Of a stretch of 64,000 nt of DNA, positions 49,114 through 59,437 are shown in pieces. The first letter of the stretch is position 1, and each line of letters starts with the position of its first letter. The notes below the pieces were generated by a model that saw only the letters and a list, made by a program, of their open reading frames with translations, searched no databases and was not told where the DNA came from. The translations under genes were made by a program, and so were the position numbers. The stretch is from Myxococcota bacterium (GTDB taxonomy: Bacteria > Myxococcota_A > SURF-8), in NCBI GenBank assembly GCA_965140415.1, contig OZ223209.1, forward strand, positions 4,832,001-4,896,000. Direction: 5' to 3'.

Positions 49114-51303
49114 TTAAAACTCAGCCGTTACTCGTAAGCGTGCCGTGGTTGGCTGCCCCGGTGTCACATGCAGGCCCACCAGTTCCTCGCCGTTGGGCTC
49201 GGGACGCGAGGGATAGGCATAGACGGAGTCATACCAGACGGCATTGAACAGATTTTCCACGGATAGCGTGACGCTGATCGGTTTATGCTCCCACCCCACC
49301 TGCACGTCCACGACGTAATAGGAATCCGACTCGTAACCCAAGTCGTGCGCGCGCGGTCCCAGAAACCGGCCCCGAATGGAACCACAGAATCCACTGGGAT
49401 GCCGCACGGCCAGCAGGTTGGTCATCAGCCATTCGGCCATGTTGGGGATCGGGTCGTCGGTGTCCACGAAACGCGCGTGCACGTAGTAGACATCCGTTCC
49501 CAGATACAACCATTCGACGGGGGAAATACGGAATTCGAAATCGGCTCCAAGACGGCGGCTCTTGCCGCGCGGGATGCTCGATCCGAATTCGCTGTCGAAT
49601 ACCGTTTCCGATTCTTTCTCGGCCCACCAGCCCGTCAACGCCAAGGTCAGCCGTCCCCCCCACAGTTTGACTCGGTTACCGACTTCGGCACTCATGATCA
49701 CCGGAATGGTGGAATCTTCTTCCCAGGCAAGTTGCCGTGCGTATACGCTTGTAAAGCCGCGACCGAAATTCAAGAACAGGTTCCAGGGTTTGACCGGCTG
49801 GAAGATCACGCTGACTTTGGGTGAAATCGCATACGCCATGGTGTCCATATTCGCCGCATCGTCATCGATAAAAGGTGTGATATTTCGGTAGATATCGAAT
49901 TCGCCATAGTGATCCTGGCTGCCATCGCCGTTGTAGAAAATGGAATCGAAACGCAAGCCAACGTTCACACGCACCCAGTCGGTCAGTTTCATGCGCTCAT
50001 CCACATACACGCCCAGCGACGTTTCATTGAAATCGTAGTGATTCATCAGGTTGAAGCGTTCACGGTTTTCCGTGTTCGCCTGCAACTGATCCACCCAGTC
50101 ACTACGCAGATTCAAACCGAATTCCGTGCTGAAATCCATCTCACCGAGAATGGCGAAATGACGAGCGTTGGCATTGACTCCCGCATAGTGGCGCTCGTCG
50201 CGCTGTTCGATCTGATCGCCCTTTTCTGGATTGAAGTAATAGAAACTGTAATTGCTCCATATCCGTGTATGCTTGTAATTGTAATAGCCCTGTACGCGGC
50301 CTCTCCATTTTTCCTTTTTCCAGTCGTAGGTCAAGCCGACCAAATGACGGTCCACATCCACCCGATTGGACTGATCCAGCGAATCGAAACGCGACACCTT
50401 GCCTTCTTTGATCCATTGCAAGGGCAGGATGTCCGCCGCTTCACTGCGCGCGGCATAACCAACGTACATCAAACGCAGTTCATTACCTTCTCCCAGATTG
50501 AACCGCTGATTCAGAAAACCGCGCGTAGACCAGGCATCACCCGGATTGGTGTAACCCGAGGTTCGTTCCGCCTGAATCACGAGATATGTATCGTGCCCCA
50601 GCCAGGACTGGTGCAGCCCTCCCTCGACTTCTCCGAAATCATCGCTGCCGCCGCCCACCGTCAGTGCATAATCGTAACCGGGATCGGTGTAGGGAATGTA
50701 GTCGATCACACCGGCAGTGGCGAAATTGCCATAGCGCGGATCGTAGGGACCGTCCATAACCGTAATCTTCTTGATCGTTTCCGGGATGATGAAATGCAGA
50801 TCCAGATATCCAGCGCCATGAACATGGCTGGTTTCGTTTAAGGGAATGCCGTCTAAAAACGCGACGACGTCCTGCCCGTGCTCGGCATCGAAACCGCGTA
50901 GAAAGATCTGATGCGCTTTGGCGCCACCGGTATGCTGGGTAATATGCAAACCCGGAATGAAACGCAGCAAATCGCTTGCGCTTTTTCGCGGATAGTTCAT
51001 GAAGTCTTTATTGCGCACCGTCATATCCGAAGCAGCGGACAGAGGCCGGTCCGCAATTACGGTTACTTCATCCAGTATCGTTCCGACTCCCGAGTTTTTA
51101 TCCGCAGGGGAATCAAACTCGCTGTCGTCGATTTCGGATTCCATTTCGTACACGGCGTCCTGTTGGACGTCGCTTTCAGGCACAGGCGAAGCACTTTCGC
51201 TGTTGCCAGTTTGCTGCTGGGCGACAGCGGAATTGATACCGGCAAATAAGAACATCCCTATCACGGCTGTACTTACGAACAAGAAAAGCGTTCTTGGTGT
51301 CAC
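49114..51303 (-). CDS. TonB-dependent receptor
   Basis: Plug domain QHTGGAKAHQIFLRGFDAEHG, beta-barrel character, ENLFN, terminal Phe. Confidence 0.9.
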   Translation of the reverse strand: MTPRTLFLFVSTAVIGMFLFAGINSAVAQQQTGNSESASPVPESDVQQDAVYEMESEIDDSEFDSPADKNSGVGTILDEVTVIADRPLSAASDMTVRNKDFMNYPRKSASDLLRFIPGLHITQHTGGAKAHQIFLRGFDAEHGQDVVAFLDGIPLNETSHVHGAGYLDLHFIIPETIKKITVMDGPYDPRYGNFATAGVIDYIPYTDPGYDYALTVGGGSDDFGEVEGGLHQSWLGHDTYLVIQAERTSGYTNPGDAWSTRGFLNQRFNLGEGNELRLMYVGYAARSEAADILPLQWIKEGKVSRFDSLDQSNRVDVDRHLVGLTYDWKKEKWRGRVQGYYNYKHTRIWSNYSFYYFNPEKGDQIEQRDERHYAGVNANARHFAILGEMDFSTEFGLNLRSDWVDQLQANTENRERFNLMNHYDFNETSLGVYVDERMKLTDWVRVNVGLRFDSIFYNGDGSQDHYGEFDIYRNITPFIDDDAANMDTMAYAISPKVSVIFQPVKPWNLFLNFGRGFTSVYARQLAWEEDSTIPVIMSAEVGNRVKLWGGRLTLALTGWWAEKESETVFDSEFGSSIPRGKSRRLGADFEFRISPVEWLYLGTDVYYVHARFVDTDDPIPNMAEWLMTNLLAVRHPSGFCGSIRGRFLGPRAHDLGYESDSYYVVDVQVGWEHKPISVTLSVENLFNAVWYDSVYAYPSRPEPNGEELVGLHVTPGQPTTARLRVTAEF

Positions 51304-51491
51304 GGTTCAGCCTCTGTAGCATGGGTTTGGAATTCGTGCTACCTATTTGGATATCATGCTACCGACAGAAAATGCAAGTCTTTGTTAAAAATTTCCAAGG
51401 AAAGTCCCCTGGTCGACTCTTGCTGTATGAATAGATTAAGCATTACTCATTATTAGCAATGTCTTCAAGTAGCGGCGAGGCGTCCGCCTAC

Positions 51492-51590
51492 GTGTGGCAT
51501 GGGCCAAGCGGAGAGAAACGAAGCTTGCCCATGTAGCCCTTGAACACGGGCAAACCTGCGGTTTAGCCCGCGCCACCCTGAAATCAACCC
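51492..51590. repeat. REPIN-like palindromic element, copy B
   Basis: GTGGCATGGGCCAAGC..GCTTGCCCATG..CACGGGCAAACC..GGTTTAGCCCGCGCCACCC. Confidence 0.75.
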
Positions 51591-51684
51591 GCTTTTTCGG
51601 CAGGCTGATACCACGCCACTATGGCACAATCTCACAGTATTTGTGGCCATATATGACTAATACCTAGTCTGTTGTAAAAGACAA

Positions 51685-53079
51685 TCAGTGGGCGAAATCA
51701 CCGGCAGCGATCAGTTGCTGCATTTGCAGGATGATCGGATTGGAGGTGCGGCTTTGCTTAATTCGTTCGAGTGGAAAGGTGCGGAAATTGAAAAACTGGA
51801 TGATCTGCTCCAAGTCCGAAACCTGAAGTTGCGGCGACGCGAAGGGGAAAAGCAAGGGGTCCAGATCTTCCAAGGGACGCTCGGCCACCAGCTCCGGGTG
51901 TCGTTCGAATTCGACCGTTCCCGGAATCAGGGTGTAAATAAGCAGAGAGGTGGTCAAGCCCAATGAATACACGGATAGAATGTCTTTTAAGATGGACGTG
52001 CGCGTTTGCCAAGGCTGCCCGACCAGCAACACGCAAACCAGTTGCTCGTTTTTGAAACCGGCGCGTTTCAACGTATCGACCGCTTTCAATAGTTGCGTAA
52101 AACCGGTTGGCCGCCCGGTGCGCTTTCCCCATTCCTCATCCACGGTTTCCAACGCCAGGAACACTTCGCGAAAACCGGAACGGAACATGCGCTGGGCGAT
52201 GCGGTCGTTGATCAGGTTGGTTTGTACACCTTCGGGCGCTAAAAAGCGCAGCGGCAGGCCGCTCTCGATCAGGCCGTCCATCATCGGAATGAAATGACTT
52301 TCCGCCTTCAAGAGCAGGTTGGATTCCCAGAAGTGGTATTCCTGCACACCATGCTTTTTATAGGTGTCGTGTACCTCGCGGATAACGGACTCCGGGTCGC
52401 GGAAACGCATCTTGCGGCCTTCCAGCAGACTGACCGCGCAATAGGTACAGGCATTCGGGCAACCGACGGAGGTTTTGAGAATCGACGCTTCAATGTCCTG
52501 CCGCCCGGTGATTTCCAGATCGGGCGACACATCGTCCAGTTCAGGAAGATCGCCGACGTGCAGATCGTCCGCGCCACATTGAGCGGCTTTCTCCGGGCAC
52601 AGGGTCGGGTAGACGCCGCCCAAGTGAATCGTGGCATTGGGATGCGCCTTGCGGCACAGTTCCACCGTTTCATGCGTGGTCCGCCAACTCCAGGTAAAGA
52701 TGGACGACACATAGATATGATCCACATCCGACAGCGCACGAAGGCGGGCAGACAAGTCTTTCTGCGTCAATCCGATTCGATATACCGGCTTGCTGCGCCC
52801 TTCCACGGCGAAGTTTCCCATGGGCGCATCGCGCACCTTGCGTTCGGGACGCGCCAACTCCGCGACGTTATCCGCTTCGATTACCCGGCTTTGCGTACTT
52901 GGCAAAAAGGCGTCGATCAAGCTGACCCGATGTCCTTTCTGCTCGCGCAGATAACGCGCCAACCGCAACAGACCAAGCGGGAAATTGGTAGAGAAACTGG
53001 TGGTCCAGATCCGCAGCGCATCCGCCGTAGCATCGATCGGCGGATAGACGAGCACCGAATGCGGCTGACGTGTACTCAT
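51685..53079 (-). CDS. B12-binding-domain radical SAM protein
   Basis: PLGL, LGGVYPTL.P, GCPNACTYC. GGAG RBS before ATG 53079. Confidence 0.88.
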   Translation of the reverse strand: MSTRQPHSVLVYPPIDATADALRIWTTSFSTNFPLGLLRLARYLREQKGHRVSLIDAFLPSTQSRVIEADNVAELARPERKVRDAPMGNFAVEGRSKPVYRIGLTQKDLSARLRALSDVDHIYVSSIFTWSWRTTHETVELCRKAHPNATIHLGGVYPTLCPEKAAQCGADDLHVGDLPELDDVSPDLEITGRQDIEASILKTSVGCPNACTYCAVSLLEGRKMRFRDPESVIREVHDTYKKHGVQEYHFWESNLLLKAESHFIPMMDGLIESGLPLRFLAPEGVQTNLINDRIAQRMFRSGFREVFLALETVDEEWGKRTGRPTGFTQLLKAVDTLKRAGFKNEQLVCVLLVGQPWQTRTSILKDILSVYSLGLTTSLLIYTLIPGTVEFERHPELVAERPLEDLDPLLFPFASPQLQVSDLEQIIQFFNFRTFPLERIKQSRTSNPIILQMQQLIAAGDFAH

Positions 53080-53160
53080 GCCGCCGCTCCTTCCGTTTTC
53101 CGGCAGTCGGCTACGCTGTTTCGGGCAACGCGGCAAAACAACTTGCTGTTATAGGATACG

Positions 53161-55968
53161 TTAAAATCCAACTTTGTACTCCAAGACGTCTTCCAGTTCC
53201 TCGCTGGTCCAGTTCATCTCGGCCCAGCCTTCCAACGAGTCGGGGGGAACGAAACCCAGTTCGCAGGCCATGTCGAATAACGGTGTGCCCGGATACGGCA
53301 CGTAGCGATTCAACCGCCAGAACCAGGCGTCGGGATTATCCCGCTTGATGGCTTGCGTCAATTCAACGGTAAGCTGGCGTTCCTCTTCCGTTTCGGTGGG
53401 AAAGCCCATCATGAAGATGTACTCGGGAACGATTCCCACACGCTTAAGTTTCACATTGGCATCCAGAATATCCTGGGCCGTGATTTTTTTGTTGATCATG
53501 GCGAGAATGCGATCCGAGCCGGACTCCGCGCCGATGTGCACGTGCCGCAAGCCGGAACGATGCAATAACGCCAAATCCTCTTCCGGCATCTTGTTGATAT
53601 CGCTGATGCGCATCGAGGCGGTCCATTCGACATCCAGCTTGCGCTGAACAATCAACTCCGCCATTTCTCGCGTTCGTTTGTGACTGACGAAGAAGTTGTC
53701 CTCGCAGATATTGATCTGCGTAACGCCACGCTTGGCAATACGCTCGATGTCATTCACGATGCGTTCGGCGCTCTGCCCGCGCCAGCGGCGTTGTTGAATG
53801 CGTGCGATGGCACAGAATGCGCAGTTATGCGGACACCCCCGGCTGGTATACATGGCCCACAACAGCCCGCGCTTTTCGTAGGCCGCGAGATCCACCAACT
53901 CATAGGGAACGGGAGGCAGGGTATCCATATCCAGATGCGGCCTGGCTTCGTTGTGAACGAGTTCCCCGTTCAAGCGCTTGAAGGAAAGCCCCAAAACGCC
54001 ATCCGGTTCTTCACCCCGCTTCAAACATTCCACATACTCTAAAAACGTCTCTTCCCCTTCGCCGCGCACCACGACATCGCAGAATGGGCTCTTCAGCGTT
54101 TGCTCCGGCAATAACGACGGATGCACGCCGCCCCACACGATCGGCAGATCGCCTTGCAGCGAACGGACGAAACGGGCGATCTCCAGTGCGTTTGCGATCT
54201 GGCGACTGATAAAAGACGAGATTCCCACACACAGCACACCGGCCTGCACCGCCTTGACGATTTCATCTTTCCATCGTGGCTCGATGCGCTGATCCACGAT
54301 TTTTACATGAAGGTTGTTTTCTTTTAGCGGTCCCGCAAGATGAAGCAGGGACATCGGCAGTTGCAGCACCGGATCGACGCTTTCGCAATCCGGGAAAACC
54401 AGCAATACATCCGGCTTTTGCTTGGGAGCCGGCATCGCATCCAACCAGCGCCGCGAAAATAGAACGCTGCGAAGCCCGATGCGGTTTCGTTCATCGGAAA
54501 AACAGGCGGCTTCCTTTGAGGCTTCCGTTGCTTTTGCGAAAGCGGCGCGCAGAATCATATGAACGCCCAGCTTCCGCAAGTCAACCACGGCGGTCTTGAT
54601 ACGCTCCCTGTCGTTGTCGTACAAGGTGACACGCACTTCAATTCCAGCCTGCACCAGACGCCGGATGCCCTCGATCTGCTGCGCCAAGGCATCGGGCACA
54701 CCGGAGATGCGCGCCAGAATTTCCGCATCGTACGCGAAGAGCGCCACTTCGGCCACATCCACCCCCGCCTTGTACAACGTTTCCGCAAGCTCCGAATCTT
54801 CCGCACAGGCACGCGCGTTGGTATGCACGATGACATTTGCCCGCGTAGCATCAGCCAGAGAAAGGATTTCCGTAATATCCTCTCGCAGCAACGGCTCGCC
54901 GCCAACCAGAACGAGATCCGGCGTTTCACGACCTTTCAACGCGTCGAGTTGAGAACGAATCTCATCGAACGGCTTTGAGGACTGCGCACGCACGGAACAG
55001 AACGAGCAAGCATGATTGCATCCTCCACCCAGATCGATTTGCGCGGGTTTCGGTCCCGGCACCAAGGCGCTCTGCTCTTCGATGCCGCGCAACATCTCTT
55101 TTGCAAACAGGCTGCTGCGCTGTGGGCAATCGCCCCGGTGGCAGTCGGAATTGAACAGCCGCGCTCGCGACATCCGATCCAGAATCAATTCGAACGGTTC
55201 CTCGCGCAGGTTGCCGTAACTGATCGGGATGAAATTACAGGGTTGCACCTCGCCATACGGCGACACGTAAATGGAGCCACCCACCACCGCTTTACAGTGA
55301 GTAAAGGTGCCGGTTTCCTCTTCCACGATATAAGTGAAGCCGTCGCCGGTAAGGGCGCGCACGCGGGCCATCTCTTCCGGGTCTAACAGGATGTCCTTGT
55401 CTTTCAGCCAGTTGCCGGAACGCATCGGAAAAGCAATGCGTATGCCTTGCGCACCGCCTTTTTTAGCGTGTTCGATAATCCCCTGTAACTCGCCGTTATC
55501 GACATAGCCCTTTACCGCACAGGTGGAAAGATGAAGCGACAAGCCCGCCTCGCGGCAAGCATCCATCGCCCGCATCACTCCCTTGAACGACCCCTTGGTG
55601 CGCTGAAAGGCATCGTGAGTTTCTTCGGAGGCTCCATCCAGACTGATGAACAGACGATACAAGCCGCGCTGTTTCAGTTCCGTTGCCATTTTCAGGTTGA
55701 TGTTCTGGCCGTTGCTGTCGGCGGTCACTTCCCTTGTCATCTGCGCGGCATAGGAAACCAGATCGAGGAAATCGCTGCGTAAGGTCGCTTCGCCACCGAA
55801 CAGGTTGATCGTGCGCGCGCCCAGATGAGCCGCGTTGCGGATCACCGCCTTGATTTCCCTGGTCGTCAGTTCCAGGCTGCGGTCGACCGGATATTGTCCG
55901 GCACTGCAATGCACGCAGTTGCACTGGCAGCGATAGGTGATGCCCATAATGAGCTTGGAAATTCTCAC
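53161..55968 (-). CDS. Triple radical SAM fusion: rSAM-SPASM/twitch + rSAM + B12-binding rSAM
   Basis: Three motifs: CQCNCVHC..GGE with C..G.V.PC; CNHACSFC..GGEP; WGGVHPS..GEGE..SRGCPHNCAFC..GAESGS..PYPGT. Confidence 0.9.
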   Translation of the reverse strand: MRISKLIMGITYRCQCNCVHCSAGQYPVDRSLELTTREIKAVIRNAAHLGARTINLFGGEATLRSDFLDLVSYAAQMTREVTADSNGQNINLKMATELKQRGLYRLFISLDGASEETHDAFQRTKGSFKGVMRAMDACREAGLSLHLSTCAVKGYVDNGELQGIIEHAKKGGAQGIRIAFPMRSGNWLKDKDILLDPEEMARVRALTGDGFTYIVEEETGTFTHCKAVVGGSIYVSPYGEVQPCNFIPISYGNLREEPFELILDRMSRARLFNSDCHRGDCPQRSSLFAKEMLRGIEEQSALVPGPKPAQIDLGGGCNHACSFCSVRAQSSKPFDEIRSQLDALKGRETPDLVLVGGEPLLREDITEILSLADATRANVIVHTNARACAEDSELAETLYKAGVDVAEVALFAYDAEILARISGVPDALAQQIEGIRRLVQAGIEVRVTLYDNDRERIKTAVVDLRKLGVHMILRAAFAKATEASKEAACFSDERNRIGLRSVLFSRRWLDAMPAPKQKPDVLLVFPDCESVDPVLQLPMSLLHLAGPLKENNLHVKIVDQRIEPRWKDEIVKAVQAGVLCVGISSFISRQIANALEIARFVRSLQGDLPIVWGGVHPSLLPEQTLKSPFCDVVVRGEGEETFLEYVECLKRGEEPDGVLGLSFKRLNGELVHNEARPHLDMDTLPPVPYELVDLAAYEKRGLLWAMYTSRGCPHNCAFCAIARIQQRRWRGQSAERIVNDIERIAKRGVTQINICEDNFFVSHKRTREMAELIVQRKLDVEWTASMRISDINKMPEEDLALLHRSGLRHVHIGAESGSDRILAMINKKITAQDILDANVKLKRVGIVPEYIFMMGFPTETEEERQLTVELTQAIKRDNPDAWFWRLNRYVPYPGTPLFDMACELGFVPPDSLEGWAEMNWTSEELEDVLEYKVGF

Positions 55969-56008
55969 GTTCGGATTTCTCCTTCATCCAATCCGAAAGC
56001 CATGCGTT

Positions 56009-57076
56009 TCACGCAAAAGACAAGCGCCGCGCCTGCCGGATGTACTGTTCGATACGCGGGTTGGTCTGGCTCGTTTTAATCAATGACTGCGCCGCCCGTT
56101 CGGTCCAGATGGAAAAAGCCTGCAACCCGGAATGCTTGGGCCATTGCAGCACGTCATGCGCACGGCTTTGAATGCGCTCGGCATTGAGATCGTCGATCGA
56201 ACCCAGGATAAACTGATCGATCTCGTTGACGTTCTCCCGCCCTTCTGGCGCTTCGAACTCGCAGGGCGACATGCCGAAACTGCCGTCGGGGTAAAACTCC
56301 AATACCGACAACGCCAGCAGATCTTCCGGATAGGCGTGCTCCGCGCGATACAGCGCTTCGTTGATACCATCCAGGTATACATTCTTACCCGCCAGCACTT
56401 TCTTTACGATATCCGCAAATAAGCCTGTCAGTTGCTCGCGCAGCGCTTCGATCTGTTCCGCCGTCCAGCGATAGCGCACCAGTCCCGGTAAAAACTTGAC
56501 GACTTCAAATCCCATATCATCCGTTAAATAGCGGTACATCTCCCGCAGACGTTGCACCTCCTGCGGCAATACTACCGTAGCGGCGCAGACGTTCGCCGGA
56601 CCGACTTCCTTTAGCAGTTCTCTGGCGTTCTGTTGACGCCTATCGAAGGTCCGGCGGTGGTTGTCCGTCCAGAGACTTTCATCCATCAATTGCTGGCTGA
56701 TATCCAGGCTGAACACCACCTTGACCTGATGCGCTTTCAGTATCGCGCGCAAGTCGCGATCCAACAGAAAGCCATTGGTGTACAGATACAGTTCGATTTC
56801 TTTATTGCTGGCGGCTTTCTTTTCTCCGGCGTAGCGCAGCACTTCCATCATACCGGGCATCTGCACCGTCGGCTCGCCGCCGTAAATGGCGATCTTTTTC
56901 GATTCTCCGGCGCTATCCACCACGAAATCGATGGCTTTGCGCATGATCGCCGGGTCCATATCCTCATCGGTTTTACGCACGATGCAGAAACGGCAGTTCA
57001 CGTTGCAGCGCGTCGTGATCATCAGATACGCTTTCTCAACCAGAATGCGTTCGATTGTCGATTTGGATTGGACCAC
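56009..57076 (-). CDS. Radical SAM protein
   Basis: CNVNCRFC, YGGEP, TNG, SLD. Confidence 0.88.
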   Translation of the reverse strand: MVQSKSTIERILVEKAYLMITTRCNVNCRFCIVRKTDEDMDPAIMRKAIDFVVDSAGESKKIAIYGGEPTVQMPGMMEVLRYAGEKKAASNKEIELYLYTNGFLLDRDLRAILKAHQVKVVFSLDISQQLMDESLWTDNHRRTFDRRQQNARELLKEVGPANVCAATVVLPQEVQRLREMYRYLTDDMGFEVVKFLPGLVRYRWTAEQIEALREQLTGLFADIVKKVLAGKNVYLDGINEALYRAEHAYPEDLLALSVLEFYPDGSFGMSPCEFEAPEGRENVNEIDQFILGSIDDLNAERIQSRAHDVLQWPKHSGLQAFSIWTERAAQSLIKTSQTNPRIEQYIRQARRLSFA

Positions 57077-57111
57077 CTGGGTTGCTTTCTCTTTCCGTGG
57101 CGTTGGTTCGC

Positions 57112-58401
57112 CTACAAGGCTTGATCGCCAAAGTTCTTACGTTGGATCTCCCCGGACAATTCCTGGGCGCGTTCGAAATAACTTTGGAAAACTTTCTTCG
57201 GCACCTGCTCGTCCAGCAACAGGGGATTCTCTACGCTTTTATAGCCGATGCGGCTGAAGTCCATGTCGTGCGTCACCTTGCCGCGCTCGAAAGCGATGTC
57301 CCAATATCCCGAACCCGGCCAGGGAGTGGCTACATAAACCCAGATGATACCATCGATATCCTGTTCGTAAAACCACTCCATGAACTTCAAAGTGTCTTTC
57401 ATGTCTTCTTCGGTTTCGGTTGGATTGCCTAAAATCACGCTACCCAACAGCTTGAAACCGTGATCTTTGGCGCGCAGGAAATTGTTCTTGTTGTTCTCCA
57501 CCCGCGCCTGAATGCCTTTCATGTACTTGATCAGCCGCTCGCTACCGCTTTCCACTCCCGGCAGCAGCACGTGAATGCCGATATCCTGCAAGGTTTGGTA
57601 TTCTTCGTCGCTGAACTGGCGATTGGCAGTGCGGATGAAGCAGGTGCAGTCGCGTAAACGAATGTCCTCCGCATACAACAGCTCACGCAATTTCTTTGTG
57701 TAACTCAAGAAATTTCCAAAGGAATCGTCCCAGATGTTGTAGCTTTCCACACCGGTTTCATCGAACATGGTGCGGATCTGCTGCATCAGGTTTTCCACCG
57801 GCATCATCCGAAACACCGGATCGAAACGCACGGAACTGCAAAAACGACAATTACGGAACGGACATCCCCTGGCGGAAAGCAGCGCCAAGCGCGAATCTTT
57901 TCGCCCTGTAAACTGCGACAGAAACGGGTAATGCGAATAATGCACGATAGGAATTTCTTCCGGCTTGAGGATGCGATCCGGTGTTAGCTTGTGATATTCG
58001 TTACTTGGACGCAGCGTGATTTCGTCGTTCACCAGTTGGCGAATGACCCGCTCCCCTTCTCCGGCAGCCATGAAATCGAACACTTCCGTGTCGTAACGAT
58101 CCAATAGCGTGGCATGTACGCCGCCGATAAAATACAGTTTGTCGGGGTAGGCTTGCTTCAATTGTCTGGCAAGCGCGCGAGCCGGTTCGTATTCATAGGT
58201 TACGGCGCTGAAACCGATGGCATCCGCCCAGGGCATGCACTGCTCGATATAGTCGCTGTCATCGGGATGAATCGCAATACGTAACTTATCGGGCTGATTG
58301 ACATAACTGGCGATGGACAACAGCGAATAAAGCATGTCGCCCTTATGCGGGTTTGCTACAATATCTTTAGCCACATTGGGCCGGATCAGCAATACATTCA
58401 T
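57112..58401 (-). CDS. B12-binding-domain radical SAM protein
   Basis: GGVHAT, GEGE, RGCPFRNCRFC (CX4CX2C), GVESGS, TPWPGS. Confidence 0.88.
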   Translation of the reverse strand: MNVLLIRPNVAKDIVANPHKGDMLYSLLSIASYVNQPDKLRIAIHPDDSDYIEQCMPWADAIGFSAVTYEYEPARALARQLKQAYPDKLYFIGGVHATLLDRYDTEVFDFMAAGEGERVIRQLVNDEITLRPSNEYHKLTPDRILKPEEIPIVHYSHYPFLSQFTGRKDSRLALLSARGCPFRNCRFCSSVRFDPVFRMMPVENLMQQIRTMFDETGVESYNIWDDSFGNFLSYTKKLRELLYAEDIRLRDCTCFIRTANRQFSDEEYQTLQDIGIHVLLPGVESGSERLIKYMKGIQARVENNKNNFLRAKDHGFKLLGSVILGNPTETEEDMKDTLKFMEWFYEQDIDGIIWVYVATPWPGSGYWDIAFERGKVTHDMDFSRIGYKSVENPLLLDEQVPKKVFQSYFERAQELSGEIQRKNFGDQAL

Positions 58402-58536
58402 CGTGCAGCCTCTGTCGCTTCAACTATTCGTAGCTGCACTGTACCCCATTCGCGAGCCTAGGTCAATCGGCCTTGCAGGGTTCGGAAACTATTGATAATG
58501 ATAGGCTTTTCTTGCTTCCAAGAGCGAAGAAAACAC

Positions 58537-58570
58537 AAAGGCCGCAACGAAGTGCTCGCTGCGGCCTTTG
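58537..58570 (-). terminator. Terminator downstream of the Fe-SOD gene
   Basis: AAAGGCCGCA...TGCGGCCTTT stem. Confidence 0.6.
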
Positions 58571-58616
58571 GATTCGGTTTCACTTACCGTCGCATCGAAA
58601 CGACGGGATGTAGAAA

Positions 58617-59204
58617 TTACTTGGCTTTGTTCAGGTTTTCCGCCACGAAATCCCAGTTCACCAGGTGATCCAGGAAGGTGTCGATGTACTTGGGCCGCGC
58701 ATTGCGGTAATCGATGTAATAGGCATGTTCCCAGACATCGATGGTCAACAGTGTCGGCGTACTGGTACGCACCGGCGTATCGGCATTGGCGGTTTTATCG
58801 ATTTTCAGCTTGCCGTTTTCCCAGACCAGCCAGGCCCAGCCGGAACCGAACTGCGTTGCGGCAGCATTGGAGAATTCCCGGCGGAAATCCTCGTAGGAGC
58901 CGAAATCCTTCTTGATCTGCTCTGCCAGTTCACCGGTCGGCTCGCCGCCGCCGTTTCCGGAAAGGCAGTTCCAGTAGAAGCTGTGATTCCAGGTTTGCGC
59001 TGCATTATTGAACACACCGCCATCCGCCGTTTGGATGATTTCTTCCAGCGTTTTGTTTTCTTCGGCCTTGCCCTTGACCAGGTTGTTCAGGTTGGTGACA
59101 TAGGCATTGTGATGCTTGCCATGGTGATAATCCAGCGTTTCCGGGCTGATATGCGGATTCAGGGCATCTTTGGCAAAGGGTAGATTGGGAAGTTCAAAAG
59201 CCAT
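58617..59204 (-). CDS. sodB: Superoxide dismutase, Fe type
   Basis: HHGKHH, FNNAAQTWNH (Fe signature), FGSGWAWL, DVWEHAYY. Confidence 0.93.
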   Translation of the reverse strand: MAFELPNLPFAKDALNPHISPETLDYHHGKHHNAYVTNLNNLVKGKAEENKTLEEIIQTADGGVFNNAAQTWNHSFYWNCLSGNGGGEPTGELAEQIKKDFGSYEDFRREFSNAAATQFGSGWAWLVWENGKLKIDKTANADTPVRTSTPTLLTIDVWEHAYYIDYRNARPKYIDTFLDHLVNWDFVAENLNKAK

Positions 59205-59437
59205 GATCGTCTCCTTTATCGAAAAATATGGATAAATGGTCCTTACTGGTTGTGTTTTCCGCTTGTGCTGCGGACCGTCCGTGCGCGTTAGCGCTGCATT
59301 TTCAATACCCCTTAATAAATACCAGCTGTTTGTTGATTACAACCAATCAGCGGTCCCATTCATTCCGGGGTCAGTCATTTCGTTAGAGCCGCAAATTTAC
59401 GATCTTATTTCATTAATTCCCGGCTATTCGGGATTCC

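Noticed and set aside
51304-51684. Cobalamin riboswitch or RiPP precursor upstream of the TonB receptor
   Set aside because: No recognisable riboswitch core. The region is occupied by repeat elements, and ORF 51465..51650 just reads through them.
58490-58510. Fur/PerR-like box (TTGATAATGATAGG) upstream of the rSAM cluster
   Set aside because: Only a half-site match in AT-rich DNA; insufficient support.
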